Shown here: piece by piece, positions 59,503 to 64,000 of the stretch
How the letters are laid out: every line of letters begins with the position of its first letter
How positions within the stretch are numbered: position 1 is the first letter of the stretch
Notes under the pieces: model-generated
What the model saw: the letters and a program-made list of their open reading frames with translations, nothing else
Databases searched by the model: none
Told to the model about the DNA's origin: nothing
Translations under genes and position numbers: made by a program
DNA from: an uncultured Lachnospiraceae bacterium
Lineage (GTDB): Bacteria > Bacillota > Clostridia > Lachnospirales > Lachnospiraceae
Length of the DNA stretch: 64,000 nt
Reading direction: 5' to 3'
Assembly: GCA_905209075.1 (NCBI GenBank)
Contig: CAJLRL010000002.1
Location: 2,869-66,868 of the forward strand

Positions 59503-60739
59503 TATAGACTTTTTCTATTCTGTTTTTATCGACGGCTTCTATACGAAGAAGTACATCGTCATCAGTAATGATTATCTCGTTACGCTCAGGTAGATGATCC
59601 AGTTTTTCAAGGCAGTAACCACCGATAGTGTCGTAATCATCTGATTCAAGATGAAGGTTAAGCTCGTCACTTACATCTTCAAGATTAGCAGAGCCAAGAA
59701 CAAGATATTCACGATCACTCAATCTGGTAATATCATCAATTTCATCGGTATCATATTCATCACGGATTTCACCGACAATCTCTTCGATCAGATCCTCGAG
59801 TGTTATAAGACCGGCTGTTACACCATATTCATCAAGTACGATGGCAAGAGATATAGATGACTTTTTCATCTCAAGGAAAAGATCAGAGGTATTCTTGTGT
59901 TCATATGTAAAATAAGGTTCCCTCATTATATCACGAATCGAAAAATTATCTGTATTTTCGATAAGTAATAAATCTTTCATGTTGATGATACCCACAACAT
60001 TATCTGTGGATTCTTCATATACAGGAAGACGAGTGAACATATCCTGTTTATAGATTTTAAGCACTTCATTATAATCAGCATCAATGTGGACAAATGTCAT
60101 GTCAATCCTTGGAATCATGACTTCTTTTGCCTCAGCATCGCCAAAATCGAAAACATTATGGATCATAGCCCGTTCTTCATCTTCAATCACACCTGTTTCC
60201 TGACCGACATCAACGATTGTGCGGAGCTCTTCTTCAGTCATAACGCGGTTTCCATCGCTGGCTTTGACTCCAAATAGAAAAAGAACACCGAGAGAAAGCT
60301 TGTTGATGAGGAAAATGACCGGAGTAAGAACTATCATTAAAACATTGATTATGCCTGCTATTTTCAGTGAAATAGAATCGGCTTTTATGGTGGAGAGGGT
60401 CTTTGGTGAGACCTCTCCAAAAATAAGTATAAGGAAAGTGATTATTCCGGTTGCAATTCCTGCACCATAGTTTCCAAACATTGATATTGCAAGTGTAGTA
60501 GCTATAGATGAAGCAGAAAGATTTACTATGTTATTTCCAATAAGTATTGCTGAAAGCATCTTCGCAGAATCTTTTGTGATTTTTAATACCATTTTTGCCT
60601 TTTTGTTGTCTGCGTCTGCGAGAGTGCGCATATGTATCCTGTTTACAGTTGTAAGCGCTGTCTCAGCAGAAGAGAAAAAGGCTGATAATGCTAAAAGAAT
60701 AAGTAAAAATATAAGTTGTGATATGTCACCCGAGTCCAA
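59471..60739 (-). CDS. CNNM/HlyC-CorC family transporter (DUF21, tandem CBS, CorC_HlyC)
   Basis: Four N-terminal TM helices (DUF21), CBS pair, C-terminal transporter-associated domain. Confidence 0.75.
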   Translation of the reverse strand: MDSGDISQLIFLLILLALSAFFSSAETALTTVNRIHMRTLADADNKKAKMVLKITKDSAKMLSAILIGNNIVNLSASSIATTLAISMFGNYGAGIATGIITFLILIFGEVSPKTLSTIKADSISLKIAGIINVLMIVLTPVIFLINKLSLGVLFLFGVKASDGNRVMTEEELRTIVDVGQETGVIEDEERAMIHNVFDFGDAEAKEVMIPRIDMTFVHIDADYNEVLKIYKQDMFTRLPVYEESTDNVVGIINMKDLLLIENTDNFSIRDIMREPYFTYEHKNTSDLFLEMKKSSISLAIVLDEYGVTAGLITLEDLIEEIVGEIRDEYDTDEIDDITRLSDREYLVLGSANLEDVSDELNLHLESDDYDTIGGYCLEKLDHLPERNEIIITDDDVLLRIEAVDKNRIEKVYIKLPEPSAED

Positions 60740-60774
60740 TAAAATGTCACCTCTCTAATATGTTATAGTTATGA

Positions 60775-62265
<1,491 letters not shown>

Positions 62266-62601
62266 TTATTAAAAATTATATATGCCGCCTGTAAAAGAGA
62301 CGGTTTCTATTAAAGTAATTTTAATGATGATAGCAAATTAAAATGTACATGTCAAGGAGATATAAGCCACATTGTAAAATATTATACAATATATAAGCAA
62401 AAGTAATAAAATGTCTTTTGCATTGAAGCTGTATTTATGGTATCTTAATTATGTAATAAATATGTTTTTTATTGTTTATTTATTTAAGTATATATTTTTA
62501 TTTAATGTAATGACAAAGGGGTCCATTATATAGGATTCTTTTGCCTTTTTTCTATACAGAAAGATTACACAAAGAGATTTTATGGTATGTAGGAGAATGT
62601 T

Positions 62602-63387
62602 ATGGAATTTCGACCATGTATTGACATCCACAATGGAAGTGTCAAACAGATCGTCGGCGGTTCGCTTAAGGATAAAGCGGACTATGCCACGGAAAATTTT
62701 GTATCCCAGCAGGACGCAGCATTTTATGCCAGACTTTATAAAGATTCCGGTATAAAGGGCGGACATATAATCCTGCTCAATCCATCTACGAGTGAGTTCT
62801 ATGAAAAGACAAAGGCACAGGCAATAAGTGCACTTGGGACATATAGGAATGGGCTTCAGGTGGGGGGAGGCATAACCCCTGATAATGCACAGGAATTTAT
62901 AGATGCCGGTGCACAGGCAGTCATAGTAACATCATATGTGTTTAAAGATGGAAAAATCAATTATGATAATCTAAAAAAAATATATAATGCCGTTGGCAGA
63001 GAACACCTTGTTCTGGATCTTTCATGCCGCAAAAAAGATGGAAAATATTATATAGTTACTGACAGATGGCAGAAATTTACGGATGAGATCGTAAATGAGA
63101 AGATGCTGGATAATCTCTTGGAATATTGCACGGAATTTCTTATCCATGCGGTTGATGTGGAAGGAAAGGCCAATGGAATAGAAGATGAGCTTGTCTCCAT
63201 TCTCGGGAACTGGGGGAAGATCCCGATAACATATGCCGGGGGTGTGAGCAGCTTTGAGGACTTAATAAAGATAAGAGAGCTTGGCAAAAATAAACTGAAT
63301 GTAACGATCGGAAGTGCGCTTGATATTTTCGGAGGCAGCATGGATTATAATAAGGTAATAGAATTTTGTGAAGGAGAATCAAAATGA
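62602..63387 (+). CDS. 5-ProFAR isomerase of the eukaryote-type HIS6 family (HisA-like)
   Basis: [58 protein letters not shown] align block-for-block with yeast His6-type isomerase. Confidence 0.65.
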   Translation: MEFRPCIDIHNGSVKQIVGGSLKDKADYATENFVSQQDAAFYARLYKDSGIKGGHIILLNPSTSEFYEKTKAQAISALGTYRNGLQVGGGITPDNAQEFIDAGAQAVIVTSYVFKDGKINYDNLKKIYNAVGREHLVLDLSCRKKDGKYYIVTDRWQKFTDEIVNEKMLDNLLEYCTEFLIHAVDVEGKANGIEDELVSILGNWGKIPITYAGGVSSFEDLIKIRELGKNKLNVTIGSALDIFGGSMDYNKVIEFCEGESK

Positions 63388-64000
63388 GCAAGTATACAAA
63401 GCAGGACATAATAAGGATTGTAGAGGAAGAGGATATCGAATTTATAAGACTACAGTTTACAGATATATTTGGTACATTAAAGAATGTTGCTATCACAGCA
63501 GGACAGCTGGAAAAAGCATTAGATAACAGATGTATGTTTGACGGATCATCTATAGAGGGATTTGTCAGAATAGAAGAATCTGATATGTATCTGTATCCGG
63601 ATCTTGATACATTTATGATCTTTCCGTGGAGACCACAGCAGGGAAAGGTTGCAAGGATCATATGTGATGTGTACAGGGCAGACGGGACACCTTTTGAGGG
63701 AGATCCGAGATATGTCTTAAAGAAACAGATAGATGCAGCAAAAGAAATGGGCTATATATTTAATGTAGGTCCGGAATGTGAATTTTTCCTTTTTCATCTT
63801 GATGACAATGGACAGCCGACTACGATAACACATGAAAGGGCAGGATATTTCGACCTTGGTCCTAACGATCTTGGGGAAAATGCCAGAAGAGATATGGTCC
63901 TTACGCTTGAGGATATGGATTATGAGATTGAGGCATCACATCATGAAGTCGCACCGGCACAGCATGAGATCGACTTCAAATATGAAGAGGCGATGCACAC
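63384..64000 (+). CDS. glnA: Glutamine synthetase type I (N-terminal part; continues beyond the window)
   Basis: N-terminal beta-grasp domain and the start of the catalytic domain of GS-I. The ATG overlaps the upstream stop (ATGA). Confidence 0.85.
   Translation, partial: MSKYTKQDIIRIVEEEDIEFIRLQFTDIFGTLKNVAITAGQLEKALDNRCMFDGSSIEGFVRIEESDMYLYPDLDTFMIFPWRPQQGKVARIICDVYRADGTPFEGDPRYVLKKQIDAAKEMGYIFNVGPECEFFLFHLDDNGQPTTITHERAGYFDLGPNDLGENARRDMVLTLEDMDYEIEASHHEVAPAQHEIDFKYEEAMH

Overview
Low-GC Firmicutes chromosome segment, gene content typical of Clostridia/Lachnospiraceae-like genomes, densely coding with most genes on the + strand. No tRNA, rRNA, CRISPR array, transposase or integrase is visible. 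Content in order: (i) 1-4.2 kb, a non-canonical Dlt-like module (partial AMP-ligase, DltC-like carrier protein, fold-III PLP decarboxylase, MBOAT/DltB-like, DltD-like). (ii) 4.2-17.2 kb, a cell-surface polysaccharide locus (GtrB-like and GtrA-like, Wzx-like flippase, PglF/CapD-like dehydratase, DegT/PglE-like aminotransferase, PglC-like phosphoglycosyltransferase, GT2, phosphohexomutase, LCP ligase, UDP-sugar pyrophosphorylase) with uridine kinase embedded. (iii) Housekeeping genes: HtrA, carbamate kinase, PepF, the LuxS-MtnN pair, polysaccharide deacetylase. (iv) A 1253-aa RND pump with a coiled-coil insertion, followed by a TetR regulator and preceded by a palindromic operator. (v) A T-box-like valine leader, then valS. 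(vi) DUF342/FapA-like protein, a TPR protein, then the spoIIAA-spoIIAB-sigF operon. (vii) HAD hydrolase, transporter, cytidylate-kinase-like protein, CdnL, the pssA-psd-PAP2 phospholipid cluster, a small alarmone synthetase, clpB with a perfect HrcA CIRCE operator, rarA, an aminotransferase, a soluble MCP-domain protein. (viii) 52.7-59.5 kb, a compact Tad/Flp-like pilus locus (CpaF-like ATPase, TadB/C-like membrane protein, TadE-like proteins, lipoprotein, large B-repeat secreted protein) carrying four paralogous leaderless Flp-like mini-pilins with an N-terminal xxIxxEYGG motif; three of them are below the ORF-track cutoff. (ix) CNNM/CorC transporter, guaB, a eukaryote-type HIS6/HisA isomerase overlapping glnA. 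The most novel candidates are the leaderless-pilin Tad-like locus, the decarboxylase-containing Dlt-like module and the coiled-coil RND pump.
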